DNA of 55,946 nucleotides, taken from the NCBI GenBank assembly GCA_943354915.1, contig CALRDO010000001.1:1-55946 (forward strand), written 5' to 3'. Made by a program: the position numbers and the translations under genes. A model generated the notes under the pieces. That model did no database searches, was not told where the DNA came from, and saw nothing but the letters and a program-made list of their open reading frames with translations. This stretch comes from Patescibacteria group bacterium UBA4664 (lineage in GTDB: Bacteria; Patescibacteriota; Saccharimonadia; CAILAD01; BJGX01). Shown in pieces: positions 36,232 to 46,537 of the stretch (position 1 is the first letter of the stretch; every line of letters begins with the position of its first letter).

Positions 36232-37416
36232 ATGTCAGATAAATTTAAGCGAGATAAGCCACACGTAAATGTTGGAACCATGGGGCACGTTGATCATGGT
36301 AAAACTACCCTAACAGCTGCTATTACATCAGTACTAGCTAGCAAACTACCTAGCGACATTAACAAGCCTGTCGCTTATGACCAAATTGATAATGCACCAG
36401 AGGAAAAAGAGCGTGGTATTACCATTGCTACTTCACACCAAGAGTATGAAAGCGAAAAACGGCATTATGCCCACGTCGATATGCCAGGTCACGCTGATTA
36501 CGTTAAGAATATGATTACTGGTGCGGCTCAGATTGATGGAGCTATTTTAGTGGTTTCAGCTGCTGATGGCCCTATGCCTCAAACCCGCGAACATGTTCTT
36601 TTGGCTCGTCAGGTTGGAGTACCTAAAATCCTAGTTTTTATGAACAAGATGGATATGGCCGACCCAGAGCTTGCTGAGCTAGTTGAGATCGAAATTCGAG
36701 AATTACTCGAAAAGTACGAATACGACAAAGACGCCCCAATTATCAAGGGATCGGCACTAAAAGCCCTAGAGGGTGATGCCGCAAGTCAAGATGCCGTTAT
36801 GGAGCTTGTGAAGGCAATGGACGAATTTATACCTGAGCCTGTACGAGAATTAGATAAGCCATTTTTAATGCCAATTGAAGATGTTTTTTCTATCAAAGGC
36901 CGCGGTACAGTTGCTACTGGGCGTATTGAGCAGGGTAAAGTAAATATCAACGAAGAAGTTGAAATCATCGGCATCAAGAAAACCACTAAAACTGTTGTAA
37001 CAGGCGTTGAAATGTTCAAAAAGCTACTCGACGAAGGTCAAGCTGGCGATAATGTCGGTGTACTATTACGCGGTATTGAACGCGATGATATTGAGCGCGG
37101 ACAAGTTCTTGCTAAGCCGGGCTCAATTACTCCACATACCGAGTTTGATTGTGAAGTTTATGTTTTGAAAAAAGATGAAGGTGGTCGTCACACGCCATTT
37201 TTTAAAGGTTATAAACCACAGTTCTACTTCCGAACTACTGATGTCACGGGCGAGGTTGAATTACCAGAAGGTACAGAGATGGTTATGCCTGGAGATAATA
37301 TTAGCGTTAAGGTTAAGTTACTTGCACCAATTGCTATGGACGAGGGTCTACGTTTCGCTATCCGCGAAGGTGGCAAGACCGTTGGAGCAGGAGTAGTAAC
37401 TAAGATTATCAAGTAA
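36232..37416 (+). CDS. tuf: Elongation factor Tu
   Basis: 394 aa with [17 protein letters not shown] and NKMD motifs. AGGAG lies upstream. Confidence 0.98.
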   Translation: MSDKFKRDKPHVNVGTMGHVDHGKTTLTAAITSVLASKLPSDINKPVAYDQIDNAPEEKERGITIATSHQEYESEKRHYAHVDMPGHADYVKNMITGAAQIDGAILVVSAADGPMPQTREHVLLARQVGVPKILVFMNKMDMADPELAELVEIEIRELLEKYEYDKDAPIIKGSALKALEGDAASQDAVMELVKAMDEFIPEPVRELDKPFLMPIEDVFSIKGRGTVATGRIEQGKVNINEEVEIIGIKKTTKTVVTGVEMFKKLLDEGQAGDNVGVLLRGIERDDIERGQVLAKPGSITPHTEFDCEVYVLKKDEGGRHTPFFKGYKPQFYFRTTDVTGEVELPEGTEMVMPGDNISVKVKLLAPIAMDEGLRFAIREGGKTVGAGVVTKIIK

Positions 37417-37451
37417 GTTATAAAAGAGTAAAAGAAAGCACCTTATCTAAA

Positions 37452-37772
37452 ATGCCAGAAAAACAAGAAAAGCAACGAATTCGCATCAAGCTAAAGGCTT
37501 ATGACAATAAAATTATTGATCAATCAGCTAAGCAGATTATTGATACGGCTATTCGTACTGGCGCTCATGTCGCTGGGCCAATACCGCTACCAACCAAAAA
37601 GGATAAATACACGGTACTAACTAGCCCCCACGTCTACAAGGATGCCCGTGAGCAGTTTGAAATGCGAACACACAAACGCCTTATTGAAATTTATGACCAT
37701 ACCCCTAAAACCATTGATAGCCTAACTAATCTTAGTTTGCCAAATGGTGTCAATATCGAAATTAAGATGTAA
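37452..37772 (+). CDS. rpsJ: 30S ribosomal protein S10
   Basis: 106 aa. The IRIKLKAYD...LDQS-type S10 sequence directly follows tuf. Confidence 0.96.
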   Translation: MPEKQEKQRIRIKLKAYDNKIIDQSAKQIIDTAIRTGAHVAGPIPLPTKKDKYTVLTSPHVYKDAREQFEMRTHKRLIEIYDHTPKTIDSLTNLSLPNGVNIEIKM

Positions 37773-37811
37773 TTACCTCCTAGTTTGATCAAAAATCAGA
37801 CTAACCCGAGC

Positions 37812-37840
37812 TTGTTTTACGCAGCAACTAGCGTTACAAT
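37812..37840 (+). promoter_or_regulatory. Putative promoter for the inserted membrane-protein gene (TTGTTT-17-TACAAT)
   Basis: TTGTTT at 37812-37817 and TACAAT at 37835-37840. Confidence 0.35.
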
Positions 37841-37891
37841 AAATACTAGTTTTAATATTAATTAAATAATTTAAATTATATGGAGGTAATT

Positions 37892-38221
37892 ATGCCAGAG
37901 GAAAAAAAATCAAATAGTGAAAATGACAAACTAATGGGTATCTTGGCTTACTTAGGAGTTTTGGTGCTAGTGCCTTTGCTTACCGGCAGTAAGAGTAAAT
38001 TCGTAAGATATCATACTAATCAGGGGCTAGTAAATCTACTATTTGCTGTCGCACTTTATGCCGCAAGCATTGTTCTGACCATTTCTCTTCCACTAGTTGG
38101 CCTGCTTGTATGGGTAGTTTATTTTGCACCAACAATCTTTGCCATCTTGGGCATCATTAATGTTGTCAATGGCGAACAAAAGCCACTGCCAGTTATTGGT
38201 GGAATCACCCTACTTAAGTAG
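37892..38221 (+). CDS. Small multi-pass membrane protein (resembles the DUF4870-type family; tentative)
   Basis: Motif MGILAYLGVLVLVPLL...SKFVRYHTNQGL followed by two more hydrophobic helices. The start was set to ATG 37892, preceded by ggagg plus 5 nt (ORF-track start 37880). Confidence 0.65.
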   Translation: MPEEKKSNSENDKLMGILAYLGVLVLVPLLTGSKSKFVRYHTNQGLVNLLFAVALYAASIVLTISLPLVGLLVWVVYFAPTIFAILGIINVVNGEQKPLPVIGGITLLK

Positions 38222-38272
38222 CTCCGTTTTTATTATAGGTTCTTAGATAATCTTTAATAATTAATCATATCT

Positions 38273-38293
38273 GGCGCCGTCGTGGCGCCTTTT
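38273..38293 (+). terminator. Intrinsic terminator after the inserted membrane-protein gene
   Basis: ggcgcc-gtcgt-ggcgcc (6-bp GC stem) followed by tttt. Confidence 0.55.
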
Positions 38294-38350
38294 ATGGTTA
38301 ATGATATTTTTCTATGGATAGTAACGCAGAACCCATGTTTCCTAACAGGA

Positions 38351-38380
38351 TTGACATATCTGGTAATAATCTGGTACAAT
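38351..38380 (+). promoter_or_regulatory. Putative promoter for rplC and the downstream ribosomal protein genes (TTGACA-18-TACAAT)
   Basis: Consensus TTGACA at 38351-38356 and TACAAT at 38375-38380, predicting a leader of about 135 nt. Confidence 0.55.
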
Positions 38381-38520
38381 TACAGCTGACTTTTGTCTAT
38401 CGATAGTATATTGGATAGATAAAAATACTGAGAAGCGATCAGGTCCTTGTGCTTTTTAATAAAAGAGGCAAGGAAACCAATCTGTTTACTCAGGTTTTAT
38501 TATTTTTAAGCCGGAGATTT

Positions 38521-39159
38521 ATGAAGGTATTATTAGCTAAAAAAGTCGGAATGACTCAAATATTTGATGCCAACGGTGCGCGCAGTGGCGTAACCGTACT
38601 TCAGGTTGGTCCTTGTATTGTCACCAGATTAAAATCTATTGAGGCTGATGGTTATAGTGCAGTCCAGCTCGGCTACGGAGAATCTAAAAAGCTTTCTAAG
38701 ACCCAGGCGGGACAGCTCAAATTATCAGGCGCTAAGAGTACAGTGCTTAAGGAATTTAAAACTATCCAGACAGCAGAGTTTACCGACGACCAAGAGCAAC
38801 CAGCTGAACTTAAAGTGGGTGACAGTTTAGGTGTAGATATCTTTAAGGTTGGCGAAAAGGTAGTTGTTTCTGGAATCTCAAAAGGTAAAGGTTTTGCCGG
38901 CACCATTAAACGCCATAATTTCAATACTGGCCCTAAAACCCACGGTAGCCATAATTACCGAGCTCCTGGCTCTATCGGAGCTGGTTATCCACAGCATGTC
39001 TCAAAGGGTATGAAAATGGCTGGCCAAATGGGGCATGCCAAAGTTACCATCAAAAATCAAAAGATTGCCCTAATTGATACCGAGAATAGTCTAATTGCAG
39101 TAGTTGGTAGCGTTCCAGGCCCAAGACGTGGGATAGTTGTTATCAAGGGGGCATTGTAA
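38521..39159 (+). CDS. rplC: 50S ribosomal protein L3
   Basis: The start was trimmed to ATG 38521 (MKVLLAKKVGMTQIF, the canonical L3 N-terminus, with ggag upstream). The ORF-track start 38449 adds a non-homologous extension. Confidence 0.95.
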   Translation: MKVLLAKKVGMTQIFDANGARSGVTVLQVGPCIVTRLKSIEADGYSAVQLGYGESKKLSKTQAGQLKLSGAKSTVLKEFKTIQTAEFTDDQEQPAELKVGDSLGVDIFKVGEKVVVSGISKGKGFAGTIKRHNFNTGPKTHGSHNYRAPGSIGAGYPQHVSKGMKMAGQMGHAKVTIKNQKIALIDTENSLIAVVGSVPGPRRGIVVIKGAL

Positions 39160-39830
39160 TGAAGGCTGTTAGCTATTCTAAGCTTGGCACTAAAAAAGGC
39201 GAGATTGACTTGCCTAAGAACGTTTTCGGCGTAGATGCCAATACCGATCAACTTAAAATTGCTTATAATCGCTTCTTAAGTAATATTCGTACAAATAATG
39301 CCAAGGTCCTAAAACGAGGAGAAGTATCTGGTGGTGGGCGCAAGCCGTGGCGTCAAAAAGGTACAGGGCGAGCACGTTTCGGCTCTACTCGTAACCCTAT
39401 CTGGCGACATGGTGGGGTAGCATTTGGACCAACCGGTAATGAGAATTACACTAAAGATATGCCAAAGAGTATGATTCGTTCTAGCCTTAAGCAAGCCTTA
39501 AGTCTTAAGGCAAGTAGCATTAAGATTGTAGAATCTTTTAGCGTTAGTGCATATCAGACTAAGCAGGTAATTAATATTATTGATAAGATTGGCGCCGAAG
39601 GCTCAATATTAATAGCAGCTTCCAAGTTAGATAATAAATTTATTGTCTCGGCCCACAATATTCCTGGAGTCATGCTCTTATCAATTAAGCAAATTAATGT
39701 TACAGCTATATTAGATGCGGACGTAATTTTAATTGATAGCGAAGGACTCAAGGAATTAGTAGCTTGGCTTGGCGCGCCTCGGAGCACCAACAAAATAGCA
39801 GAAAAAGCAGTCATTAAGGCAGGAGCATAA
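39159..39830 (+). CDS. rplD: 50S ribosomal protein L4
   Basis: 223 aa with GGGRKPWRQKGTGRAR. It has a TAATG overlap with rplC. Confidence 0.96.
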   Translation: MKAVSYSKLGTKKGEIDLPKNVFGVDANTDQLKIAYNRFLSNIRTNNAKVLKRGEVSGGGRKPWRQKGTGRARFGSTRNPIWRHGGVAFGPTGNENYTKDMPKSMIRSSLKQALSLKASSIKIVESFSVSAYQTKQVINIIDKIGAEGSILIAASKLDNKFIVSAHNIPGVMLLSIKQINVTAILDADVILIDSEGLKELVAWLGAPRSTNKIAEKAVIKAGA

Positions 39831-39833
39831 GTC

Positions 39834-40127
39834 ATGTCAATAGTAGCGCTAAGGCCAGTAATAACTGAAAAAAGCATGAATCTTGCAGCCCGTGGTGTAT
39901 ATATGTTTGATGTTAGTTTGGCTACTAATAAACCGATGGTAGCTAAGGCTATTAAAGAGCAATTTAAGGTTGATGCGATACAAGTTAGAGCGATGATTAT
40001 TAAGGGTAAAGTAAAGAAATTCAAAGGTGTCATAGGAAAGAGAAAAGACAAAAAGCGAGTTTATATAACAGTCAAAAAAGGTCAGAAAATTGGCGTTTTT
40101 AACATTAGCGATAAGGAACAGAAATAA
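39834..40127 (+). CDS. rplW: 50S ribosomal protein L23
   Basis: 97 aa with PVITEKS... and the conserved cluster position. Confidence 0.93.
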   Translation: MSIVALRPVITEKSMNLAARGVYMFDVSLATNKPMVAKAIKEQFKVDAIQVRAMIIKGKVKKFKGVIGKRKDKKRVYITVKKGQKIGVFNISDKEQK

Positions 40128-40957
40128 TGGCAATTAGAACTCTTAAACCAAATACTGCTGCCCGACGCAATATGAGCGTAGCAGATTTTTCAGGCTTAAC
40201 AAAAAAGAAGCCCGAAAAGTCACTAACTACAGTTATTACTAAAAGGGCTGGGCGCAATAATCAAGGCAAAATCACCACCAGACATCGTGGCGGTGGAGCT
40301 AAGCGTGCTTATCGCTTAGTTGATTTTGTATTTAGTAGCGTTAATAATGCCGAGATTATTGCCCTAGAATATGACCCAAATCGATCCGCAAATATAGCTT
40401 TGGTTAGGTTTGATGATGGCACTAAGGCCTATGTTTTGGCAACCGCCAATATGAAGGTTGGCAAGAAGATAGCTTCTGGAGAATCGGCCGAAATTAAACC
40501 AGGCAATCGTTTGAAATTAAAAAATATTCCAGTCGGTTCAACTATTTGCAATATTGAGATGCAACCAGGCAGGGGTGGCCAGCTAGCTCGCAGTGCTGGT
40601 GCTCGTGCTCAACTTGCTGCTCGTGAAGGTGACTGGGCTCAAATCAAGCTTCCTTCAGGAGAGGTAAGGTTAATTCACGTCAATTGTATGGCTACGGTCG
40701 GGCAAATAGGCAATGCTGACCATCAGAATATTACTATCGGTAGCGCCGGAAGAAAACGGCATATGGGCCGAAGACCTTCAGTTCGTGGTAAGGCTATGAA
40801 TCCTTCTGACCATCCAATGGGTGGTGGTGAGGGGCTAAGTGGTCCAGGAAGAATCCCAAGAACACCCTGGGGTAAGGTTGCAATGGGTCTTAAGACCAGA
40901 CGTCGTAAATTAACTAACGCTATGATTATCCGCGGGCGCGGGAAAGGAAGAAAATAG
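40127..40957 (+). CDS. rplB: 50S ribosomal protein L2
   Basis: 276 aa with GRNNQGKITTRHRGGG and SDHPMGGGEG motifs. Confidence 0.97.
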   Translation: MAIRTLKPNTAARRNMSVADFSGLTKKKPEKSLTTVITKRAGRNNQGKITTRHRGGGAKRAYRLVDFVFSSVNNAEIIALEYDPNRSANIALVRFDDGTKAYVLATANMKVGKKIASGESAEIKPGNRLKLKNIPVGSTICNIEMQPGRGGQLARSAGARAQLAAREGDWAQIKLPSGEVRLIHVNCMATVGQIGNADHQNITIGSAGRKRHMGRRPSVRGKAMNPSDHPMGGGEGLSGPGRIPRTPWGKVAMGLKTRRRKLTNAMIIRGRGKGRK

Positions 40958-41239
40958 ATGAGTAGATCTAGCAAAAAAGGACCATTTATTGACCCTAAAC
41001 TATTGCGTAAGGTAATGGCATTAGAGTTAAACGATAAGACTATTATCAAAACTTGGTCCAGGGCTAGTGCCATCAGCCCCGAAATGGTTGGTAGGACAAT
41101 CGCCATTCATAATGGGAAAGTCCATACCCCAGTTTTAATTACAGAAAATATGGTAGGCCATAAACTTGGTGAGTTTTCTCCAACTCGTAAGTTCAGAGGG
41201 CACGGTGGTAAATTAGCTAAGGCTGAAGGAAAGTCGTAA
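40958..41239 (+). CDS. rpsS: 30S ribosomal protein S19
   Basis: 93 aa with [11 protein letters not shown] and [11 protein letters not shown]. Confidence 0.97.
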   Translation: MSRSSKKGPFIDPKLLRKVMALELNDKTIIKTWSRASAISPEMVGRTIAIHNGKVHTPVLITENMVGHKLGEFSPTRKFRGHGGKLAKAEGKS

Positions 41240-41249
41240 GGCCATTATT

Positions 41250-41696
41250 ATGAAAGTAGCAGCTAACATTAAATATCTCCGCATCTCAGCCCAAAAACTT
41301 CGTTTGGGCGCCGATATGGTGCGTGGTAAGCGAGCTCTCGATGCCCGTGAAATACTTTTAAGTATGCCACAGAAGTCTGCTCAAATGATTGCATCTGGCA
41401 TTAAGAGCGCCATTGCAAACGCCGAGAACAACTATAGTTTAAGTAGCGCCAATCTTAAAATATCTGAAATTCGTGTTGACCAGGGGCCTAAACTCAAACG
41501 AGGCCGACCAAGAGCTAAGGGTGCATACGGCAAAATTGAGCACCAAATGGCACACTTGCGCATTATTTTAGATAGTGACGACGAGAGTAAGCAGGCTACT
41601 CAGGGCACCGACAAGCCGGTCAGCAAGGCTCCAAAATCAACTCTTAAGCCAAAGGTTACAACCAAGATAACTAAGAAGAAGCGAGGAAGAAAGTAA
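41250..41696 (+). CDS. rplV: 50S ribosomal protein L22 with a basic C-terminal tail
   Basis: 148 aa with an L22 core plus a K-rich extension of about 35 aa. Confidence 0.93.
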   Translation: MKVAANIKYLRISAQKLRLGADMVRGKRALDAREILLSMPQKSAQMIASGIKSAIANAENNYSLSSANLKISEIRVDQGPKLKRGRPRAKGAYGKIEHQMAHLRIILDSDDESKQATQGTDKPVSKAPKSTLKPKVTTKITKKKRGRK

Positions 41697-42313
41697 TGGG
41701 ACAAAAGATAAATCCAATAGGCTTTAGGCTAAGTGTTACTAAAGACTGGCAATCAAAATGGTTTGATAACCGTCAATTTGCTACTTTAGTCGCTCAGGAT
41801 ATTCACATTCGTAAGCTTATTGCCAGCAAGCTAGGTTTTAGGGCATCTATTGCTAAGGTTGAGATTCAGCGATCAAGCAATGAGCTCATAATTAGCATCT
41901 TTACCGCCAAACCAGGTGTAGTAATTGGCCGTAGTGGAGTGGGCGTTGAAGCTCTCAAGAAAGATTTGGCAAAGGTTATCCCTGGCTCATTCAAAATTAA
42001 TATTGAAGAAGTTAAGAGCCCAGAGCTTGTCGCGCAACTAGTTGCCGAGAATGTAGCATCCCAGCTTGAAAGACGCCTACCATTTCGTAGAGTTATTAAA
42101 AGTACCGCCGAAGCAGCTTTACGATCTGGGGCATTAGGTGCCAAAATCAGTGTCGGCGGTCGTCTTAATGGTGCTGAAATGGCACGCCGCGAAACAGCTG
42201 CCCTCGGTAGTATTCCGCTCCATACCATTAAAGCTAATATTGATTATGCCGCCGCTGAAGCTAAAACTACTTTTGGCGTGATTGGTGTTAAAGTGTGGAT
42301 TTATAAGGCTTAA
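41696..42313 (+). CDS. rpsC: 30S ribosomal protein S3
   Basis: 205 aa with the [13 protein letters not shown]-terminus and a KH domain. Confidence 0.97.
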   Translation: MGQKINPIGFRLSVTKDWQSKWFDNRQFATLVAQDIHIRKLIASKLGFRASIAKVEIQRSSNELIISIFTAKPGVVIGRSGVGVEALKKDLAKVIPGSFKINIEEVKSPELVAQLVAENVASQLERRLPFRRVIKSTAEAALRSGALGAKISVGGRLNGAEMARRETAALGSIPLHTIKANIDYAAAEAKTTFGVIGVKVWIYKA

Positions 42314-42324
42314 GGAGAAAAATT

Positions 42325-42756
42325 ATGTTAATGCCACGCAAAACTAAATATCGAAAAGCCCAAAAAGGCCGTAATAACGGTCAGGCTACCCGTGGGGCCG
42401 ATATTAGTTTTGGTAGTTACGGCTTGAAGGCACTTAGCAATGAGAGGATTACCTCACGCCAAATCGAGTCAGCTCGCCGTGCTATGACTAGGTACATTAA
42501 ACGTGGTGGCAAAATTTGGATTAGAATATTCCCACACACGCCTATCACCAAAAAACCAGCTGAAGTGCGGATGGGTTCAGGTAAGGGAGCACTAGATCAT
42601 TATGCCGCTAAGGTTAAGGCTGGAACAATACTCTTTGAAATGGATGGAGTTACTGAGGATATAGCCAAGGAAGCGATGCGACTGGCTGCCTACAAGCTCC
42701 CAGTTAAAACTAAATTTATAATTAAAGCCCATGCTGGAGAATCTGATGAAAGCTAA
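42325..42756 (+). CDS. rplP: 50S ribosomal protein L16
   Basis: 143 aa with an [12 protein letters not shown]-terminus. Confidence 0.96.
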   Translation: MLMPRKTKYRKAQKGRNNGQATRGADISFGSYGLKALSNERITSRQIESARRAMTRYIKRGGKIWIRIFPHTPITKKPAEVRMGSGKGALDHYAAKVKAGTILFEMDGVTEDIAKEAMRLAAYKLPVKTKFIIKAHAGESDES

Positions 42757-42955
42757 AGAATTAAAAAACAAATCAAATCCAGAACTACAAAAAACCTTAA
42801 TTGATACAAGGGCTAAATTAGCGCAACTAAGCATTGATTACCGCACCAAGGAAGTTAAAAATGTGCGAGAGATTAGAGGCCTTAAACGTACCATAGCTAG
42901 AATATTAACTATTATGTCCCAAGCGGATAAAACACCTAAAGGAGAAAAGTCGTGA
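42746..42955 (+). CDS. rpmC: 50S ribosomal protein L29
   Basis: The start was set to ATG 42746 ([15 protein letters not shown]) with ggaga upstream. It overlaps the rplP 3' end by 11 nt. Confidence 0.88.
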   Translation: MKAKELKNKSNPELQKTLIDTRAKLAQLSIDYRTKEVKNVREIRGLKRTIARILTIMSQADKTPKGEKS

Positions 42956-43215
42956 GTCGAATATTACAAGGCAAGGTCGTATCAACTAAGATGCATAAAA
43001 CTATTATTGTTGCTACCCAGCGACGCAAATCTCACCCAATATACAAGAAATCTTACCTAGTAACTACTAGATTCCAAGCGCATGATGAGGATAGCAAGGC
43101 TAGCTTGGGAGACATGGTTGAGATTTCAGAAACAAGGCCGATTAGCAAAAACAAGCATTTTAAGCTTTCCAAGATTTTAAGTAAGGCTATTGTAAAAACC
43201 GAGGTTGCCGAATGA
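42952..43215 (+). CDS. rpsQ: 30S ribosomal protein S17
   Basis: 87 aa with a GTG start in a GTGA overlap with rpmC. The sequence [16 protein letters not shown] is typical of S17. Confidence 0.92.
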   Translation: MSRILQGKVVSTKMHKTIIVATQRRKSHPIYKKSYLVTTRFQAHDEDSKASLGDMVEISETRPISKNKHFKLSKILSKAIVKTEVAE

Positions 43216-43580
43216 TTCAAACCCAAACCAGATTAAGAGTAGCTGACAATACTGGAGCTAAAGAAATTATGTGCATTAAGGTTCTAGGTGGTAGTAAAAG
43301 AAGATATGCCCGTATTGGGGATATCTTAGTGGCTAGCGTTAAAGTTGCCACTCCTAACGGAACAGTTAAAAAGAAGGAAGTTGTGCGGGCTGTAGTTGTC
43401 CGTACTAAGCGAGAAATAACCCGTAAGGATGGGAGCAATATTCGTTTTGACGAAAATGCGGCAGTTATAATTGATGCCAGTAATCAGCCCCGTGGAACTC
43501 GTATCTTCGGACCTGTCACTCGTGAATTACGCGAAAGAGGATTTATGAAAATTGTATCATTAGCCCCAGAGGTACTTTAG
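43212..43580 (+). CDS. rplN: 50S ribosomal protein L14
   Basis: 122 aa with [17 protein letters not shown]. Confidence 0.98.
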   Translation: MIQTQTRLRVADNTGAKEIMCIKVLGGSKRRYARIGDILVASVKVATPNGTVKKKEVVRAVVVRTKREITRKDGSNIRFDENAAVIIDASNQPRGTRIFGPVTRELRERGFMKIVSLAPEVL

Positions 43581-43582
43581 CT

Positions 43583-43942
43583 ATGAAGATTTTGAAGAAA
43601 GATAAAGTTATGGTGATAGCTGGACGCGATAAGGGCAAAATTGGTGAAGTTATGTTGGTATTGCCGGCTCTATCTCAAATAGTTGTTGAGGGAGTTAATA
43701 TCGTCAAGCGCCATACAAAACCAAGTCAGGCCCAGCCAAAAGGCGGTATTCTAGAAATTAATAAGCCAATCCATGCTTCTAAGGTGATGGTTATAGACCC
43801 TGTTACTAATAAGCCAGCTAGAGTTGGTTATAAATTGCAAGCCCAGGGCAAAAAGCAGCGAATTTTTAAGGTCTCCAAGTTTGTCAATCCTAAGCCTAAA
43901 ACAGCAGTTAAAAAAGCCAGCAAAAAGGTAGAGGAAAAATAG
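43583..43942 (+). CDS. rplX: 50S ribosomal protein L24
   Basis: 119 aa with a KOW motif (KKDKVMVIAGRDKGKIGEV) and a basic tail. Confidence 0.94.
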   Translation: MKILKKDKVMVIAGRDKGKIGEVMLVLPALSQIVVEGVNIVKRHTKPSQAQPKGGILEINKPIHASKVMVIDPVTNKPARVGYKLQAQGKKQRIFKVSKFVNPKPKTAVKKASKKVEEK

Positions 43943-43944
43943 CT

Positions 43945-44493
43945 ATGAATAGATTAATGCAAAAATATAATGATACGGTCATTGATGAACTTAAAGCTGA
44001 TTTGGCAATTTCTAATGTGCATCAGATCCCTAGGATTCAAAAAGTAGTTATCAATAGCGGCGTTGGTAAGGCTGTAGCCGATAGTAAACATTTAGATATG
44101 GTAGCTGCTACATTGGCAAAGATATCTGGCCAAAAACCAATTAACTCCAAAGCTAAACATAGCATTGCGAGCTTTAAGTTGCGCGAAGGTATGCCAATTG
44201 GCACTAAGGTTACATTGCGCGGGGAAAGAATGTATAGCTTCCTAGATCGTCTGATTGCAGTTGTACTACCGCGAACTCGAGATTTTCACGGAGTTAGCCC
44301 CAAGTCTTTTGATGCCAGTGGTAATTACAGTATTGGTATTAGCGATCAGACAGTTTTCCCAGAGATATCCTATGAAGACGCCTCGGCTATACATGGGCTA
44401 CAAATAACAATAGTAATTAGTGGTGATGACATCAAAGCTAGTAAGGCACTGCTTGAAAAGCTAGGCATGCCATTTATGAAAGGAGCAAAATAA
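43945..44493 (+). CDS. rplE: 50S ribosomal protein L5
   Basis: 182 aa with a canonical L5 sequence and cluster position. Confidence 0.96.
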   Translation: MNRLMQKYNDTVIDELKADLAISNVHQIPRIQKVVINSGVGKAVADSKHLDMVAATLAKISGQKPINSKAKHSIASFKLREGMPIGTKVTLRGERMYSFLDRLIAVVLPRTRDFHGVSPKSFDASGNYSIGISDQTVFPEISYEDASAIHGLQITIVISGDDIKASKALLEKLGMPFMKGAK

Positions 44494-44762
44494 TGGCCCG
44501 TAAAGCATTAATCCAAAGAGAATTAAAGAGACAAAAATTAGCAGCTAAGTTTGCCAATAAGCGCGCTGAGCTCCGAGCGGCCGGTGACTTAGAAGGCCTA
44601 GCGAAGCTCCCCCGCAATTCTAATCCTAACCGGCAACGCAACCGCTGTGTAATTACTGGTAGGCCTAGGGGCTATATGGGTAAGTTTGGTTTGAGTAGAT
44701 TAACTTTCCGTGAATACGCCTCTAAGGGGCAGATTCCCGGCGTAACTAAGTCGAGTTGGTAG
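44493..44762 (+). CDS. rpsN: 30S ribosomal protein S14 (long form, no Cys cluster)
   Basis: 89 aa ending [11 protein letters not shown]. It has one Cys only, so it is not the zinc-ribbon Z-type. Confidence 0.93.
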   Translation: MARKALIQRELKRQKLAAKFANKRAELRAAGDLEGLAKLPRNSNPNRQRNRCVITGRPRGYMGKFGLSRLTFREYASKGQIPGVTKSSW

Positions 44763-44773
44763 GAGCAGATATT

Positions 44774-45160
44774 ATGATGACAACAGATCCAGTCGCAGAC
44801 ATGTTAACAAGAATACGCAACGGCATTACAGCCGGTAAGTCGGAAGTTATTATGCCTTACTCCAAGCTTAAGGCAGCTATCGCTGGGATATTGCACTCTA
44901 ATGGGTATTTAGGCAAAGTTTCTGTATTAGAGCAAGGTGGGTTTAAGCAACTAAGCCTACAACTTAACGGCTCTACCTCCCCAGAGAGCTTAGTGAGAGT
45001 TAGTAAGCCAGGCAGAAGAATCTATGCCAAAGCTTCTGATATCCCAACAGTTCGAACTGGCCGGGGCATAGTGATTATTTCTACACCTGCCGGAATTATG
45101 ACAGGCAAAGAGGCTAGAACAAAAGGAATTGGCGGAGAGCTAATTTGTAAGGTGTACTAA
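44774..45160 (+). CDS. rpsH: 30S ribosomal protein S8
   Basis: The start was trimmed to ATG 44774 (MMTTDPVADMLTRIRNG) with AGGAG at 44761-44765. Confidence 0.94.
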   Translation: MMTTDPVADMLTRIRNGITAGKSEVIMPYSKLKAAIAGILHSNGYLGKVSVLEQGGFKQLSLQLNGSTSPESLVRVSKPGRRIYAKASDIPTVRTGRGIVIISTPAGIMTGKEARTKGIGGELICKVY

Positions 45161-45161
45161 C

Positions 45162-45710
45162 ATGAGTAGAATTGGAAGACAACCCATAAATATACCCGAA
45201 GGAGTTGATGTATTAATTGGCGCCAATGTGGTATCAGCTAAAGGACCTAAAGGGGAGCTAGAAGTTAAAGTCTTAGCTGGTTTTACAGTGGCTAAGACCG
45301 ATAATCAAATTATAGTTACCCAGGAGGTTCAAAATGCTACTACCCAAAAGCAGTTTGGGCTACAAAGAACCCTGATTGATAATATAGTGATTGGTGTATC
45401 TGCTGGTTTCTCTAAGGAACTCGAAATTAACGGTGTAGGTTTTAGGGCCCAAATGAAGGGCGATGTGCTTGAGATGAGCCTAGGCTTTTCTCACCCCGTA
45501 CTATACCAAGCCCCAGCGGGTATCGATATTGGTGTTAATCAGAATATTATTACTATCTCTGGGCATAATAAACAGCAGGTTGGCGAAGCCGCTGCAAATA
45601 TCAGAATGTTTAAAAAACCAGAGCCCTATAAGGGCAAAGGCATCAGGTATGTTAACGAGTATGTTCGCAGAAAAGCTGGTAAAACAGCTGCTAAGGGAGG
45701 TTCGGAATGA
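45162..45710 (+). CDS. rplF: 50S ribosomal protein L6
   Basis: 182 aa with MSRIGRQPINIPEGV. Confidence 0.96.
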   Translation: MSRIGRQPINIPEGVDVLIGANVVSAKGPKGELEVKVLAGFTVAKTDNQIIVTQEVQNATTQKQFGLQRTLIDNIVIGVSAGFSKELEINGVGFRAQMKGDVLEMSLGFSHPVLYQAPAGIDIGVNQNIITISGHNKQQVGEAAANIRMFKKPEPYKGKGIRYVNEYVRRKAGKTAAKGGSE

Positions 45711-46042
45711 AAAATCTTAAAGCCATACGCAGAATTCGTGCTAAGGTATCTGGAACTAGCAGTAGACCAAGATTATGTATTTTTGTCTCCCTTAACCATT
45801 TAAGAGCCCAATTAGTTGATGATGTGGCTGGCAAAACTATCGGCGCGGTTACTACCGAGTCGCAGAAGGATTTGGATACTAAAACCATGACTCAAAAAGC
45901 TCAATGGCTAGGGGTTCAAATTGGGGCAGTAGCTAAAAAAGCTAAAATTAAGCAGGTTGTTTTTGATAGGGGCGGCAAAATTTACCATGGCCGAGTTAAG
46001 GCTTTTGCTGAGTCGGCTCGCAAGGAAGGATTGGAGTTTTAG
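45707..46042 (+). CDS. rplR: 50S ribosomal protein L18
   Basis: 111 aa. It has an ATGA overlap with rplF and ends FDRGGKIYHGRVKAFAESAREGL-like. Confidence 0.94.
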   Translation: MKNLKAIRRIRAKVSGTSSRPRLCIFVSLNHLRAQLVDDVAGKTIGAVTTESQKDLDTKTMTQKAQWLGVQIGAVAKKAKIKQVVFDRGGKIYHGRVKAFAESARKEGLEF

Positions 46043-46537
46043 ATGAACAATAGTCAATTTAACAGAACACATAATCGTGAGATACCTGAATTTGATGAAA
46101 GAATTATTGCACTAGACCGTGTGACGCGAGTCGTTAAGGGCGGTCGTCGGTTTAGATTCAGAGCTACCGCTGTAGTGGGAGATGGTAAGGGCAAGGTTGG
46201 CGTTGGAGTGGGCAAGGGTAAAGACGCCCCAACTTCAATTATGAAAGCCATCGCAAAGGGCAAAAAATCTATGATAACCTTCGAGCTCAATGGCACGACA
46301 ATCCCCCATGAAATACAGGTTACATTTGGTGGAGCTGTAGTATTTATGAAGCCCGCCCGCCCAGGCACAGGAGTTATCGCTGGCGGGGCAGTACGGGCCG
46401 TACTAGAAGCAGCAGGCGTCAAAGACGTCTTAACCAAGTCATTGGGCTCAGCTAATAAGATTAATAATTCATATGCAACAGTAGAGGCACTATCTAAGTT
46501 AAAGGCGGCAGTGAAGGTCTCAAAGGAGTCAAAATAA
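46043..46537 (+). CDS. rpsE: 30S ribosomal protein S5
   Basis: 164 aa with [22 protein letters not shown]. Confidence 0.96.
   Translation: MNNSQFNRTHNREIPEFDERIIALDRVTRVVKGGRRFRFRATAVVGDGKGKVGVGVGKGKDAPTSIMKAIAKGKKSMITFELNGTTIPHEIQVTFGGAVVFMKPARPGTGVIAGGAVRAVLEAAGVKDVLTKSLGSANKINNSYATVEALSKLKAAVKVSKESK

Noticed and set aside
37175-37396. 73-aa plus-strand ORF in an alternative frame inside tuf, and similarly 38639-38830 inside rplC
   Set aside because: They are fully nested in highly conserved genes in another frame. There is no independent start signal or plausible protein sequence.
38449-38520. N-terminal extensions in ORF-track models of rplC, and likewise rpsL 32794, rpsH 44756, rpsD 49520, rpmC 42731, rsmD 22150, radA 12786 and the membrane protein 37880
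   Set aside because: The canonical family N-termini begin at downstream ATGs that have better SD spacing or stop-start coupling. The extensions use rare starts and overlap upstream genes or leaders.
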